NCBI GenBank assembly: GCA_964304625.1
Contig: OZ199839.1
Coordinates: 6,288,490 to 6,352,489 of the forward strand
DNA from: Kudoa neothunni
Taxonomy: Eukaryota; Animalia; Cnidaria
Length of the DNA: 64,000 bases
Direction: 5' to 3'
Part shown: in pieces, positions 13,468 through 27,814 of the stretch
Layout: each line of letters opens with the position of its first letter
How positions within the stretch are numbered: the first letter of the stretch is position 1
The notes under the pieces: model-generated
Seen by the model: the letters and a program-made list of their open reading frames with translations, nothing else
Database searches by the model: none
Told to the model about the DNA's origin: nothing
Program-made: the position numbers and the translations under genes

Positions 13468-14060
13468 CAGAGGTTCTCAACCGATTTTTTAAAGTTACCC
13501 CCTTAACTTGAGCGCCAAATTCATATTTATCTTATGTTTTGATACTGGTTTACCTATAGCAGAGGCTATTTGAGGGGTAAATTCTGGTCCTAAATGGCAC
13601 GTACGCTTGCATAATGACAATTTTTTTCCCATCAACTCTTACTCACAAGCTGTATACAGATTTAATTTTTTAGTTTTTGTCAAATTAGATTAGTTCATGA
13701 ATATTCGTTTGCTCCAAGGCATAGAAATAATCAAAACTAATGACACTTGAATATTATTTACCATGAAAATAGTCATTTTGAGTATTATTATTATTAGGTT
13801 CCATCACTCAAAGATAAAAGAAACATAAAACAAATAGATTTTAATAGTTTTATTAACTGCTGTTATAAACTTCTTCTTAAGAACATTTTAAGAATTTTTG
13901 CCGAATTCTTATTGAAGTTAATAGCCCTGAATAATACAATTCCTTAGAAATCCTGAAGTACGTTACAAACCTATAATGCAAATATTCCTCCTATCTAATT
14001 TTGAAATTATTTAATTTATCCCCTGTCATCTAAATTCCCCCTCCCTGTTTAGAACTTCTG
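13468..14060. mobile_element. hAT (Buster/Charlie-type) MITE
   Basis: TIRs CAGAGGTTCTCAAC / GTTTAGAACTTCTG. Both 8-bp flanks have a central TA (CTCTATAG / TTCTAGCT) but match only partially. Confidence 0.55.
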
Positions 14061-16124
14061 TTCTAGCTGATTAAACCAGATAAATCTTCTCTCTACTTAA
14101 AAGATATCACTCTCAGCACTGCCTTATATTATTTCCTATTCTTGCATATTATAAATATCTTAAAAAAATTTACATTAATGAGGAAAAATGATTTATTATT
14201 TATAATCATTATTGTTAAATATAAAATATAAACATAATTCATAATTAGAGGTATTAAAAGTTTTTTAAGTTTATTTCGATAACACCATTACACCCTTTTT
14301 CAGAGTTATCCATTTTAAAGTACTCTAAAACGACAGGTGAAATATCTTTTAACGAACAAACAAATGTGTATACATGCACATACAGGTTGTGTAGTTGTAA
14401 TAGATTTGATTTATTTGGTCGATTTGAGGATGGATCATCGAATAAGGGCTTAAAACAGTCTATAAATATTTAATTGTGATAATATAAAATCAAAAATTAC
14501 TTCAACATTCGCTGTGTATATACACAAACTGACATTTTAGATTTTTGTCACCAACTCTTATCGTAAAATCTATATAGTAAATTTTAACGCGAAAATTAAA
14601 ACTTTAATAGATGTAAATGTGTTTAAGTAGTAAAGAAAATTATAGGTCTAGGCATCCTCAGAAATAGGAGAAATTCGTTTTCGTGACAATAGACAGCCCT
14701 GACATGGGTTTATACGCTAGCGTGATAATAGCTACTACCTTAAAAAAATGGTGCATACAAACAGATAAGATGTATTTTGTATAATACTCGAAAAATTTAT
14801 TTTTAAATAGTTTCAATTTAATAATAACCTTTTTCTTAAGGATAAATTTTGATTAATGATAAAAAATAAATTTTTGAAATAAAACCGTAGATAAAATTGA
14901 GAACATTTAGAGTTATTGTGTCTTGTTAATAATTGCATGTGCATAGGAAAATGTTCTATGAGAAATTTTTAATATTTATATGTTATTTGATTTTGCTAAA
15001 TCTTTTCTTTTTATATTCAACTTTAAAATGCAAATTAAGAAAATTAGTTCAAGTTGGTGAAATTGGAGTACCATACATCCTTTCAATACCCATATATTTC
15101 CATTAAAAAATGAAATATGTCTATTGATAACTCAAAATTTGAACGTAATAACGAGTTTAGCGGCTAGTAATTATACAATTTCTTCGCTTTTGAATCATAG
15201 ATATTGTATTTTATATTATACACATAACGTGGGGAGTCGCAGGTTGCCGACCCTTAGCACAATAAAATATTGATCAAAATAATTTATTCCTATAAACAAA
15301 ATATTTTTAGAGAAAGTGAAATAAAATCATAAATATTAATTAAACTTTTTTGAAATTAATGACGAGTTTCGCATAATTTATGTTTTATAATTTCGAAAAT
15401 TTAATATTCAACATTACTCCCATAAATCTTAATCATTTTCAGTTATAGGCGAATGTTAGACTTCAATTACCTTCATATTTATAAGTTATAAATTATAACA
15501 TTAAATAATATAAAAATTATTGCACATAGTTTAATATCGTATTCATTAAGCTCGGTTAATTATTTTCATCCAAACATTGTATATTAATTGAATGATATTA
15601 TTCATTATTGTATATAATACATTTAATGGCAAAACAATAAATAATTTTTTTATGATTTACCTGAATAATGCATAATTCAAAAAGTATAATATATGTCAAT
15701 TGAAATGATTACAATAAAGAAAAAATTTGTCCATGGAACATAAGGGATTCAAATATTTTATTCTCTCATTTATATGATTTTTATTAAAATATAAATTGGT
15801 TTCATTGTATATGGCGCATGCTCGTATATTATAGATGTCCACACCAAGTGATTCATCTAAAAAAGGATTACAAGGGATTATTTATTCAGTTTTTGTTAAT
15901 CCGATGATATTAGTTTGTTTTTCTAAAATATTGTTTCTCACAACCATAATAGTTGCCAGTTAACGGTGATAATCTAGTTGCATCCCTAAATCACCATCGT
16001 TTTTATTAAATATGGAATTTGTTATTAGTCGGCTGAATGAGAACGATCGACGACTTATTCTAATATATTAATAAAAATATCTTTCGTGAATACATGTATT
16101 ATTTGTGTTATAAAATCTCCAAAA

Positions 16125-19100
16125 ATGATTGTAACATCGTTAAAATGGAGATTTGTTACAACATTATATTTGTTTATTTTTTCAGGTAGTCATTTCAATT
16201 AAGTCATATTTTGAATATTTATTAGCAATAATGAGTAAATTTATCTCTACACAAGACATTGATAATAATATAATGAACTTAAGTTTTTCATCGGATATAA
16301 ATAAATACGTTGTTTCTCTTTCTGGTTATCACCTTCAAAATAGCAAAAGAAAGTGTGCACTACAATATTATGATAATAAGGCTTCGTCATTAAAAGTTAT
16401 TCCAACGTGCGCTACGGACATTACGAAGGCAACGGATGATTCCGCCTCAAATAAATGCATCTATGATTGTAAAAAAGTGGAATTGAAATTCAGTTGGGAT
16501 CAAATTAAGGAAATGAAATATCTAAGATGGTGTCAAGGAAAAGATGAGGATGAAGTCAGAAATTGTAACTTAAAGAAAGTTTATAAAATAAAAGGTAATT
16601 TAATTACAAATGAAATTTAGTGATAACTTTATGATAGATATATATGTTAAATCATCATTAAGGGTTGATAAAACAACCGACCAATTTACTATTTACATTA
16701 AAACTAAAATTGATAAGGGATTCAACCTCAAATGTGACTCTAATAATGAAGTTACTCATAATGCAAGTAACAATTTTTACAAAGAACAATCAATTCAACT
16801 AAAAACTAAATCATACCAACCAAAATATGCTGTTGAATTCAATGACAAATCTCCCGAAATATTTCTGAATCCCAAAAAACCTATTGAAGATTGGTTTATT
16901 GCGTCTGGATCAAAATCAGAAGCTGATAATAAGCGCTATTTCACAATAAGACTCCAAAATCCCGAACCGTCCAAGTTATGTTATTTTGGAATAAAAGATA
17001 TTAACGATTTGCGGTTTTCATCTTATTGCTCTATAAGGAATAAAGCTGGTCCGTGCCTTCAACCCTGTTACAAGGCGACATTATTCTATGACTCTGATTT
17101 GAATTTTGCCCAAGTTCTTGTAAAATCAGTTGGAAAGTCAAATTCAAAGGAATTTATTCAAACTGTTTTATGTATTCCTTAATTGTCTTACAAATTTTAA
17201 AAAATTTTGTAGTTCGTAATAATCAACCCACTGACGTTCTTTCGAATAAACAAAATAATCGAATTACAGTTAATCTTTCAGAATTAAATAAAAATGAAGA
17301 TGCTGATAGTGCAGTAGGTGCAGCAAAAATCACAGATGTAAAATTAATAAGGAAGTTTATGGGGACTGATAGTTTTGGAGATAACGTAACATGTGAAAAT
17401 GATTGTACTTCATTCGTTTCAACAACTATAACAGGACTTGAACCGTTAACTGAATACATTTTAAAGTTAAAAATCACGGGACTAAAAGCATTAGATTCAC
17501 CCGAAGTGAAACATTATCACCATTACTTTTATTTCAAAACTAAAGGTAAAACGATTTTTAAAAATATATCTAAATGTTGAATAGGAATTGAGTTTAGCAA
17601 TGGTAAGCAAATAACACCATCGGTCGGCGTTGGAAACACAAAATTGACGTTAACTCCAACTAATCTTTTCACTGCTGGATCTAATAATAATAACAACGCA
17701 GAATGTGAACTGTATTATTCTGTGGAAAATGAGAAATCCAAGCTACCTGCTACTTGTGAAAAAGATTCAAAAAAATTATTTTGCTCAGACATCTGTACTA
17801 GTGAATTCACAATTATAAATCTTGATCCTATTACACACTACAAAATAACTATCTGCTCCAAAGGTTACACATGTGCCGAGAGTGACTCCGTATCGAGTAA
17901 TTTTGGTAAGTTAAATGTTATTTAATTTAAATAGCAAATGGAAAAACTGTTACTATAAATAAATCAGACGATACTGCAGCAAAAAAGATCATTGCTACAA
18001 TGTCTGAGACTCCTAATGGAAATACTGAGAATTCCTGGCGTTATACTTTATTGGAAAAAGATTCCAATAAAATTATAGTGGATTGTCTGAATACCGATTG
18101 TACTCTTGAAACGCAAACAGATTCAGGATCAACGAAATTAGAAATTCCATGGTCTACTGTTGACCCAGAAGTTGCATACGAACTAGTTATAATAATTATA
18201 GATCAATCAAAACCAGTGAAATCAGAAATAACAAGTTGTTAAATGAATTAATCACCATTAAATATATAAATTTAGGGGACGCTGAAAAAGGGACGGGTGA
18301 TATGATTCTAACATACGATAAAACGCAAAGAAATTATAAGGTGAAATTTACAGGTGATTTATTGTCGAAAAGCGGTAAGACATGTAAAATTAAAATATCT
18401 GACAATGCGTTATCTGCATACGTCAATGCTGGTGACAGTAGTTCAGCAATCGAAAAAGATTGCGATCAACTTGTAACAGATGTTACTATTAATCGTAGTA
18501 GTGGAAACAAGCTGGCATATATTTCAGTTACGTATTCGGACACGAAACCTTCATCTGCTAAATCAACTATTGATTTATCAATTTTATCTAAAGCAACTAT
18601 TGGAAAAATGTTAAATGGTGATTACATAAATGAGGACAAGAATTATCTTTCTAAATCTTCAGTAGAAAGAAAAGAAGGTGCAGTCCCTGATAGCACCGTG
18701 GGACCAGAACAAACTGGTCTCTTGGAAGATACAAAAAAAGCTGGAGAAGGAACGGAACGAGATGAGCTTAAAAAGACTGTTCCAGACTCAGCACTAACGA
18801 AAAAACCCGCTTCACCCCCAAAACCGATCCCCTTCACTGCAGGAAAGGTCTTTTCGTACTACATAGGTAATCTGCTTTGATGATGTAATATAATGTTGTT
18901 AAGATTTTTACAATGAATTAACGCATATGGCTGAATTACAGCAAGATAAAATTAAATTTAGTGTCAATAAGTGTTCTTTAAATTGTAATGGATATAAGGA
19001 TGAAGTGAAGGAAAGTTCCTTCCATGGAACTACATCTGAGAATCCCGGTAACATTGAAAGTTACTCAATAAAGTTTGACGAACTAGTTGAAGACTATTAC

Positions 19101-22100
19101 ATAAGTTGCCCAAAATATTTTGACTTTCATTACTTCTATGACAACACATTTGTAAAAAACAATGCACCATTCTTCAATAGATTTTATTATGAATTGGCTT
19201 ACAGTGATCCAGTTAATAAGTTAACGATAAAATTAGTTAACGAAGAGCCTTCTGAAATATGTTCTTTTGAATGGATTGACGCGACTGCATCATCTACTAA
19301 TAGATTTTTCTCAAACACCTGCGATAATAATGCAAACTGCCTTTTTAGTTTGTGTAGTAACGTTACATTTGGAGATATTCCAACGGGTGTAAAGGCAGTA
19401 AAAATACGCGTTCTCAAATTAGGGATGGAACCTATCGTTGGCTATCAAAATAACATTTATATACGTAATCGTTAAAATAATGTATTATATAAATATATAT
19501 TCTAGTGAAACATGGCAATGATACGTCCGTGACTACATCTGATGACAGTAAAATCAAAGTAAATATGAGCGATAAAAATAAAGACGAAGATGGTCAAGCT
19601 GTCAACAGCGCATCTACTGTAGCATGTGAATTAAAAATCTGGAATGTATACGCTCCGTTGGTTAAGGAAACTGGGAGAAAAGCTGCTAATCCATCTACTA
19701 CTTGCATTTTTGGAGAAATGAGTATTACACCAAATCCTAATGATTTGCCAAATGATATTATGATAACAATAGCAAATATACCAAATTATTCTCCTAGAAA
19801 ATACTTTTATCATAAAACTGGTATTTTATGTAATTTTAGGTAAGCTATTTTACTTGTATAGGACAAACAAATGCTCTTTCTGGTGGGTCAATATCGGCTA
19901 CGCCAGCAGCAAGTGGATTCACATTTACTCCAAGTTCTACAGATATAAAAAGCACATGTTCAATTTACGTGCGAGAACATGATAAATTATATTATTATCC
20001 AGCTATATGCACAGAAAATGTATTGTGTATAAAAAAGTGTAATTTGCCGTTTACTATCATTGGATTGTATTCTGGCGCCACCTATGATATTATGATTGTA
20101 CCTAGTGGTAACTATAAGTTTCATATTTTAGAAGGCCAGAAAACAAGTAACAATATTCCGATTATGGTTTCATGGATAATTATAATTAGCTGGTAAAACA
20201 ATTGAATTCCAAATTTCATCTGAGTCAACAGGTAAAAATCTAAAAATAATACCGACAGAAAATATCGAGAATGATTCAAGTGTTGACTGTTATTATCAGT
20301 TTTATATGCATAAAGAAGGGAACAGTAATAATAAAAGTAAATAATCTTTTAATTTGTTTTTTAGCCTCACCAACGAAGATACAAAAGTCTTGCGTTGAAT
20401 GTGAAATTTCAACTAGTAATCAAAAAAAATGCAATGATATTCAGTTTGGTTCAGGCATATATAGTAATAAACATAATTACAGATTAATGATATATGTAAA
20501 TGACCAATCACCACCATTTAAATTAGAAATTCCGGGTAAACAAAATATAAGTAATTTTTGTAACATTATGACTAGCCTTTTCCCGCCGAGGAAAACTACA
20601 ACAAAAATTTGAACAAACAGTTAACAACGATATTGGGAAATTCTACGTTTCATTATCAGAATATCCAGATGGAAATAAATGTGCCCTAAAACTATCCAAT
20701 TTTGAAGATGTCCCTAATTTTGTGAAACCACTTTGTACCTCGAATACTGACAATAACTTATGCATAACTGATTGCACGTCTCAAAATGTTGAAATTGGAT
20801 ATATTAATGCCAATATCGATCGTTATCTATCAGTATGTTACGGTAAAGATGACAACGATGCGAAATCCTGTAAAAAAATTAGAGTTTTTCCAATAAAAAT
20901 GGGTAATTATAATAAATACTATTTTAATAATGCCGTTATACTGGCATATTATAATTCAATGTTTTTAGATTATAATCAAAAGCATACTTATTCTATCGGT
21001 CACATTGATGGTAAAGTTCGTTTTTCCTACAAAACAAACTCAAAAACCAAATGGACGGTGTATGCTGACGGAGAAAAAGACTTATCTAGTGATGCAGAAA
21101 AAAAGAAATTAGATGAAGATAGTTTCTCTGATACAATAACAGATAAGTCTGCAAATTTCTTAGTTGACAGATACATGGGTTATTATAATATTAACTCAAC
21201 ACTTTTGTGGCCAGGAATTTATTATTTTACGAATACTACCCTATTTAATGACACTATTCCCCTAAAATCAGAGATTATATATTCCATTTCAGCCGTTGAA
21301 AATAACATTAATAACTTGAAAATTCGATTTTCTCCTGGTCCCTATAATGACGAAATGTGCCAAATTAGTATATTTGAAGTGGATTCTGCTGGTACAGATC
21401 ATATGAGAAAAGTTTTGAACGTCTGTGAAAATAAAGAGAATGGTTGCTATCAACTTTGTCGAGATTCTGTTATTAACTTCACAGGAAACCATCAAAATGT
21501 TGGTGTAATTGTGAAAAGAAGATTTGATTCGGCTGGTCTCAAACAATACTTTAGAAGTAATTGAAATCCAACATTATTAATAAAATTTTTTAGGAAACGA
21601 TATTGGCTTTAATCTCACTGACATAACGAGTAATAGTGTCAAACTTATTGGGCTTCAAAATTACAATAATATAAAAAAAGAAAATAATCCCCAATGCACA
21701 ATTAAAATATCTAGAGCAAATACTATATCTACTGAAACCATGGCTCAATGTAGTGGTAATGAATGTAACAAAGACTGTGCCCAGTCATATTTGATTACTG
21801 GCCTCTCGGCTGGTACAAGTTATATAATTACAGTAACAGTTACAAACCTTGGTGTGAATAATGATTATATCAAAAAAGTTTTCTTTAGAACAAGTAAATG
21901 TAGCTTGTGATCATATTATTAATTGTATTTAGTTGATGGAGAACAGCTAACAGAATCAAATTCTCCAAACGCTATCATTGCAAGCACTGCTACTATTATA
22001 CCTTTTCAAGCAGACAATTCGTTCTCATTGTGCAGAATTTATCTACAGAAAAAGGATGATTCAAATGCAAAATTTATGGCTTCGTGTGAAGGAATAGGAA

Positions 22101-23120
22101 CCTGTGAAAATAAATGTGACAATCCATTCAAAATTGTTAACCTTGAATTGGGAGTAACATATGATGTTACTGTGGAGCCATCTGATGGCAAAGGCCTAAG
22201 AACCTTCGATATTACTACTAGTAATAGATTTTTGATTGTATTATTATAAAATAAGTAATAGCTAACGTGGATACTTCGGTTACTTACACATCTTATGGAG
22301 ATTATGGTATAGCAATTAATGTATCGTTTACTGACAAAAAGAAAACTTCAAAATGCCCGTTTATGTTGCACGAAAAAACAGATGTTGGCAAACCAGAACC
22401 AATCATTTTTTGGTGTAATGATGACGAAGAAGAATGTTCATCCAACAGTTGTAATATTGGTATCTACGGATTATCCAGGGAAAAAGATTATAGGTTGAGT
22501 GTGAAAGTGAAGGATTTATCGAAATATAAAATTCACGAGATTCCATGTAATTTTGAAATTAATATCTAACTTATTGTTTTTGGTTAACTAATAATATGAT
22601 GTACTGAAAGACTCAAAAATATCCAAACATTCAGGGTAAAAAATATTTCTAAATTATTTTAATATATGGTTTAGTAAATTTTTATGGATTATTTTTAAAC
22701 TAACATACTAGCAGAAGAGCAAAATATAAGAAGTGAATATACAAACATTGACGTAGGTAATATTTTTCAAAAAAAAATTATAAAAATTGCACAAGGGTAC
22801 ATTGCATACTTTCGAACTTTTCTAATATATTTTTAGTAAATTATGATAATAAGCTGTTTTAAAAAATCTGTAGATAGTGAAAGAAAGCACGAATATGAGG
22901 CCGCCAAGAACAGTCATTCGTATTTTAAATAATATTTAATTTTTTAAATTAAATTAATTTAGGTCTGTTGGAAAATATATGTAATGATAATTTTGTGTAA
23001 TCTTTTGGAATAATTCTTTCTAGCTGTTACGCAATGATACCAATCGTAGGAGCATTGCTAGTAGTGATAGGTTTGGTCATGTTCCGAAGGAAACCCCAAG
23101 ACGTTGCTTACGATTTATAA
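16125..23120 (+). CDS. Gene B: large Cys-rich FN3-like type-I membrane protein with three tandem five-domain modules (about 2000 aa), apparently intact
   Basis: ATG at 16125, signal peptide MIVTSLKWRFVTTLYLFIFS|AIMS with a 40-bp intron. All ectodomain introns read as phase 1 and join the ORF-track fragments in frame. FN3-like motifs GLEPLTEY, NLDPITHY, GLYSGATY, GLSAGTSY, NLELGVTY. An 18-nt micro-exon (22963-22980) precedes the TM/tail CYAMIPIVGALLVVIGLVMFRRKPQDVAYDL*. Confidence 0.85.
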
Positions 23121-23451
23121 GCATAATATTTAGTATAACAATTATCTATTATTAGAATAAGTATTATTTTCATTAACGATAAAATAGGTATTTCGTGTTC
23201 TTTTGAAATGATCAGAAATTAATTCTATCAATTACATATAAACCCATAAGAATTGTAAAAACTAAAAATATGACTCTACTTTTAAAACAGATATTCGTTT
23301 ATGCACGACAGCGAAAGAAGACACTATTTGAAATAAGAGAGCAGAATTAAAGAATCAACAAATATTTAATTCTGTTATTGTAAACATACTTATTTGTTAA
23401 TCCTTACAGTTTTTAAGTTTTATTTTAACCAATTTGTCGTTTTTAATATTA

Positions 23452-24320
23452 ACTTTCGGGAAGTGCCCAGCGTTGCTTGGGGGAGATTTCGTCTAAACAC
23501 GTTTTTTAAATGCATTCAAAAATATGTTGAAATTCCGAATTAACCCATAGAAATAAAATAACTAAAAAGTTTTAAGCTATATACATTAACGACTTGGATA
23601 ATGAAATTTAAATTATGACCATTTCTTTGAGGGAGTGTTCCAATCCCTGCGTTTTAAAAAATTTCGTGGTTCGACATCAACGCTAAATAATTTAAGGGCT
23701 GAATAGTATTTTTTCCATTTCCGAATTATTTAAATCCTGTTAGAATGTTATTTAAAGCGTTATTTTTTGGCTCGGGGGATTTTTAAATGTCGAATTTTGC
23801 CCCGGCTCGGAAAATGTGTGCATCGCTAAATTTTTAAGAGATAATAAAATAGAAAACGTATAAAAATTAATTGATACTGCTAAAATTAGCATTGCTTGGC
23901 CCGGCATAAACATTAGTGCACTTTTACAAAAAAAACAGCTAAAAATCATTTCAATATCAACATAAATAATTTATATAATTAGATGAAGTAAAAGTACAAC
24001 CATCTGCATTGAATCTAATCAATGAAAGTTTCAAATAGCGGACGATTTCAATGAAATCTACGGACATGATGCTTGTATAATAAAGCTTCAATCTACCTGA
24101 TTATAGAATTCCTTACCAGATCGCCATTAATAATGCATATATAGACTTTTTCTCATATTTCAAATCATTAATAGAACATTCACAATATGTTTATCAAGTC
24201 CAATACGTTAAAACTCCACAAATAAGGAGTGTATTTACATAAACATCCATATAGAAATGCCAAACTTATATATATATATATATACAGATAGATAGCAGCA
24301 GTTAATAAACATTTTATTGG
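23452..24320 (-). mobile_element. Non-autonomous Helitron, 5'-truncated copy
   Basis: Reverse-complement match to about 38390-39195, including the hairpin CCCAAGCAACGCTGGG. The terminal CTAG is mutated. Confidence 0.7.
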
Positions 24321-24339
24321 GTATATAATGGGGAAAATT

Positions 24340-27228
24340 AACTTCAACCAACCCTCAGCAGGTTATAAGCAGGTGTTAATCTTATTGTTTAAACTCAAGT
24401 AATCCAATTAACAAACTTTGAATCGAAAAAATCACCATTTGCAAAACATTTTAGTGAACATTTGGTAGTGCAAAAACGATTTAAATATTTTATGAAACAT
24501 TTTGATTTTTAAAAAATTGCAAATATGTCTCTATAAGGAATAAATTTTGACGCATATGCGTACTTGCTGGCACGCACACACACGGACATTTCAGTTTTAT
24601 ATGTATAGTAGACTAGCGCAAAAACCCCGCTTCGGTTGAGTTTCCTTTCCCGACCACCCTGATAAAAGCCGTGAGCAGGCGAAGGTCATTTTAAGTTCAA
24701 AGTTAATTATAATTATCTTATCGATCTTTCTATAACAGTCATGATCGAAATAAACAGCAATGACCCGATCATCCTCACTTTTTTCGTTATTGGACTTTAT
24801 TTTCATTTAGAAATCATAAGTTCTTACAAATCATGAGGCGTATTAATCGTTTTACCCAACCCGTCGATGAACTAACTAATCTAAAAGTTTGTTAACAATG
24901 TTTTACTTAATCAAAACGTTCTAACATAATTTTATATTCATTTAAAAAAAATATAAAAATTTTTAACTTTAACTAAACATGCAAAGTAAATAATATATTC
25001 AAGCGTATTAATTTATTAATTTCCCGTTTAAGCAACAAATCTTTGTTTGCACCGAAACCCCGCCTATGCACGAACAAATGTTGTAATTCGTCTTAAATAC
25101 GTTCAAAAGTAGAAAAGAGTAAACTTTCAAAGTTTCAGTTGTATATAAATACAGAAAATTAGAGTTATCTACGAATATCATTGAACATTGTAGCGAATCA
25201 TGTGCAGTGGTAATCTCATTGTATCAGCGCTAATCTGTTTGAATAAAGTTTACACTACAAATTAACCGCTTTATTAGAAAGTAGACAATCCCGTCGTATT
25301 TTTGTAGTTAATTTTGTATTTTTTAAAGTATATCACGAAAATCAAATAGTCTAAAAAGTCTCTGTATAAGAATATAATTTACACACACACGGACACTACT
25401 ACTTTATATATTAGGATATATTAGGATAGATAGATAGATATAGATATAGATAATGACCTAGAGGAAGGAAAACCTATTGAAACATTGGACACAACAAACG
25501 TATTGAGCTCATTTTCGCACTTTATAAGAGAAGAGATGCTCGAAGAAATTTTATCGTTCACAAACCGTAAAGGTCTTGAAAAATATAATGATCCGTAGAA
25601 ACTCCTAGATTGCATCGGATTAAAAGCTTTCTTAGGATTGCTGTTATTGGCTGGTGCCTATAAATCAAACCTAGAGTGTACAATGATTCTGTGGCATGAA
25701 ATTCAAGGAAGATCATTATTTCGCGCCATTATAAGTGAAATAAGATTTCAAAAAATCTTAAACTTCTTGCGCTTTGATGAACATTGGAAGCGTAAAAACT
25801 TCCCAAATTCAGTTGATAAATTTTCCCCCGCCAGGGAACTGTTTGGAAATTTTTCGGAAATCTGTAAGAATAGTTATATCCCTGGACCTAATTTGACCGT
25901 AGATAAACAACTATATCCGTTCCGAGGGAGTGTATCATTTCTTGTGTACATACTAAAAAAACCATCCAAATATGGGCTAAAATTTTGGATCGTATGTGAT
26001 AGTCAAACGCGTTACGTATCCAACTTTTTGCCTTACTTGGGTAAAATTGATGAATGCCGTGAAACAAATCTATGTTTTAAAGTTGTCATTGATTTGACTC
26101 AACATTTGTTGAAATCGGGAAAAACTATTACATGCAATAATTATTTCACTTCCTGGAAGCTAGCTCAATATTTATGATAAAGAAAAACGTCCATTCTTGT
26201 CACGGTACACCAATGTCGAACATTTATTCCAACCAAATAACTCTCGGAAGATATTTTCATCCTAATTTCTTATGTACCGACGAAAAACAAGGCTGTAATA
26301 ATTCTTTCTTCAGAGTACCATCGTAAACCAAAAGCAATTTTAGATTATAATGTAAAGGAGTGTGATGTTGACACTTTGGATCAATGTATTTCCATGTATA
26401 CATGGAAAAGAAAATGTTGACATTGGCAGTTCGCAGTATTTTGCAAATACTTGATATAACTGCGTGCAATGCATTTGTTGTATTTATTCATGGCAATCCC
26501 CATTATTGGGACACAAACAAGTCAAATCGTCGCCAACGATTTCTCGCGGATTTGTCCATGTCATTAATTAAGCCCGAGCAAGAATGGAGATATAAAATTG
26601 CATTTGTTTCTAACCAGCCTGCTGTTAAAAGAATAATGGAAATAGTTTGTTTCGAATTTAACAAAGAAAGTGATCCTCCAGTGGAAAACCAAGAAAATAA
26701 TCAAAGAAAGCGATGCCGTTTGTGTCCTATTATCAGTATTGCACGTAGAAGCAAGCAAATCTGTCACTTATGTGATCGAAATGTTTGTAATGAGCATTCA
26801 AAGAAAAAAATTATTTGTTTAAATTGTGACTCACAACGAAATTAATTTAAACATATTTTTTGCCTATGGTTTTTTTATTGAACGCAATGTGACGTTTATA
26901 ACGATTGGAACATATAGTAGAAATGAATTTAAAATAAAGGATTTCTATTTTGGTTAACAACCATAATAGGAATGTTGATTAAAATACAAATAAATTAAAG
27001 CTGACACTGAATAAATACATTTTAATAATAGGAAACAATATAATAATTTTTTTGTTATGCGTAATAATATAGTTTATCTTATTACCTTAACTGTTCTATT
27101 TTTATTTATATATCGTATATAATGTGACCTGCCAATAGCAGAAGAGTTAATTTAAGATTAAATTATAATAATGCATTTGACCTAAGTTAATTCTTGGGCT
27201 CCTGGAACCCAGGGTTAGTGTTTAAGGG
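24340..27228 (+). mobile_element. piggyBac element A, copy 1 (left end not found)
   Basis: Right end ...GGGCTCCTGGAACCCAGGGTTAGTGTTTAAGGG|TTAA, with a PGBD transposase inside. The left boundary is a guess. Confidence 0.75.
25450..26845 (+). pseudogene. piggyBac-A transposase pseudogene
   Basis: LTVDKQLYPFRG..KKPSKYGLKFW, ITCNNYFTS and a C-terminal Cys-rich domain RCRLCP..ICHLCDRNVCNEH. Stops and frameshifts; catalytic residues altered. Confidence 0.88.
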
Positions 27229-27769
27229 TTAATTCCTAACGTCTAAAACACATGTAGCCGATAAATCCTAATTTAATCTTATGACGTCATGGTAATCCCA
27301 CTATAGGAAAAAGGAAAACCTACGATTAGAGCATTTCTTTAAGGTTTAATATATATTAATTGTGATAATATGTCGTTGTATATTGTTATCTTTTAATAAT
27401 TTTAATACGAAGTTAAACCATTAAGTATGGGGATATATGGAGAAAATGTGTTCAATTATACAAACATTTTTTCTAGGATAAATTCTTATATTTTTCCAAA
27501 GCTTGAAATTATTTAGTATACAAATATATTTTCAGAGATTAAACGAATTTTGTACGGAAATTTTTGAGGTTTTCATTTTTAAAAATAAGAGATTTTCAAG
27601 TGGCTATTGGTACGGTAAATGGTATTCAGGTGACACTAGTTTGGACTATAAATCTATAGCCAACTTGTAAGTTGAAGTTGCTGAGATTAAAAATTCTCAT
27701 TACGCAAGCGGACATGCCGTTTAAGATTAAATTGTACTGCTGCCAATAGCCTCCGCCAGAAGATTTATC

Positions 27770-27814
27770 TAAAATGGGGTCACGAAAGTCCCCGCATGGT
27801 CCATGGAGGGTTAA
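27770..27814 (+). mobile_element. Orphan piggyBac-type right end
   Basis: GGGGTCACGAAAGTCCCCGCATGGTCCATGGAGGG|TTAA. Also present in the duplicate near 56750. Confidence 0.4.

Noticed and set aside
15150-15260. GGCTAGT (Helitron-like end) and GGTTGCCGACCC (hAT-like TIR)
   Set aside because: No hairpin or partner end was found, and the motifs are too short to call.
24597-24806. 69-aa ORF duplicated at 50413-50622
   Set aside because: Lies in probable piggyBac non-coding sequence. Conservation reflects only the recent duplication, and there is no recognisable motif.
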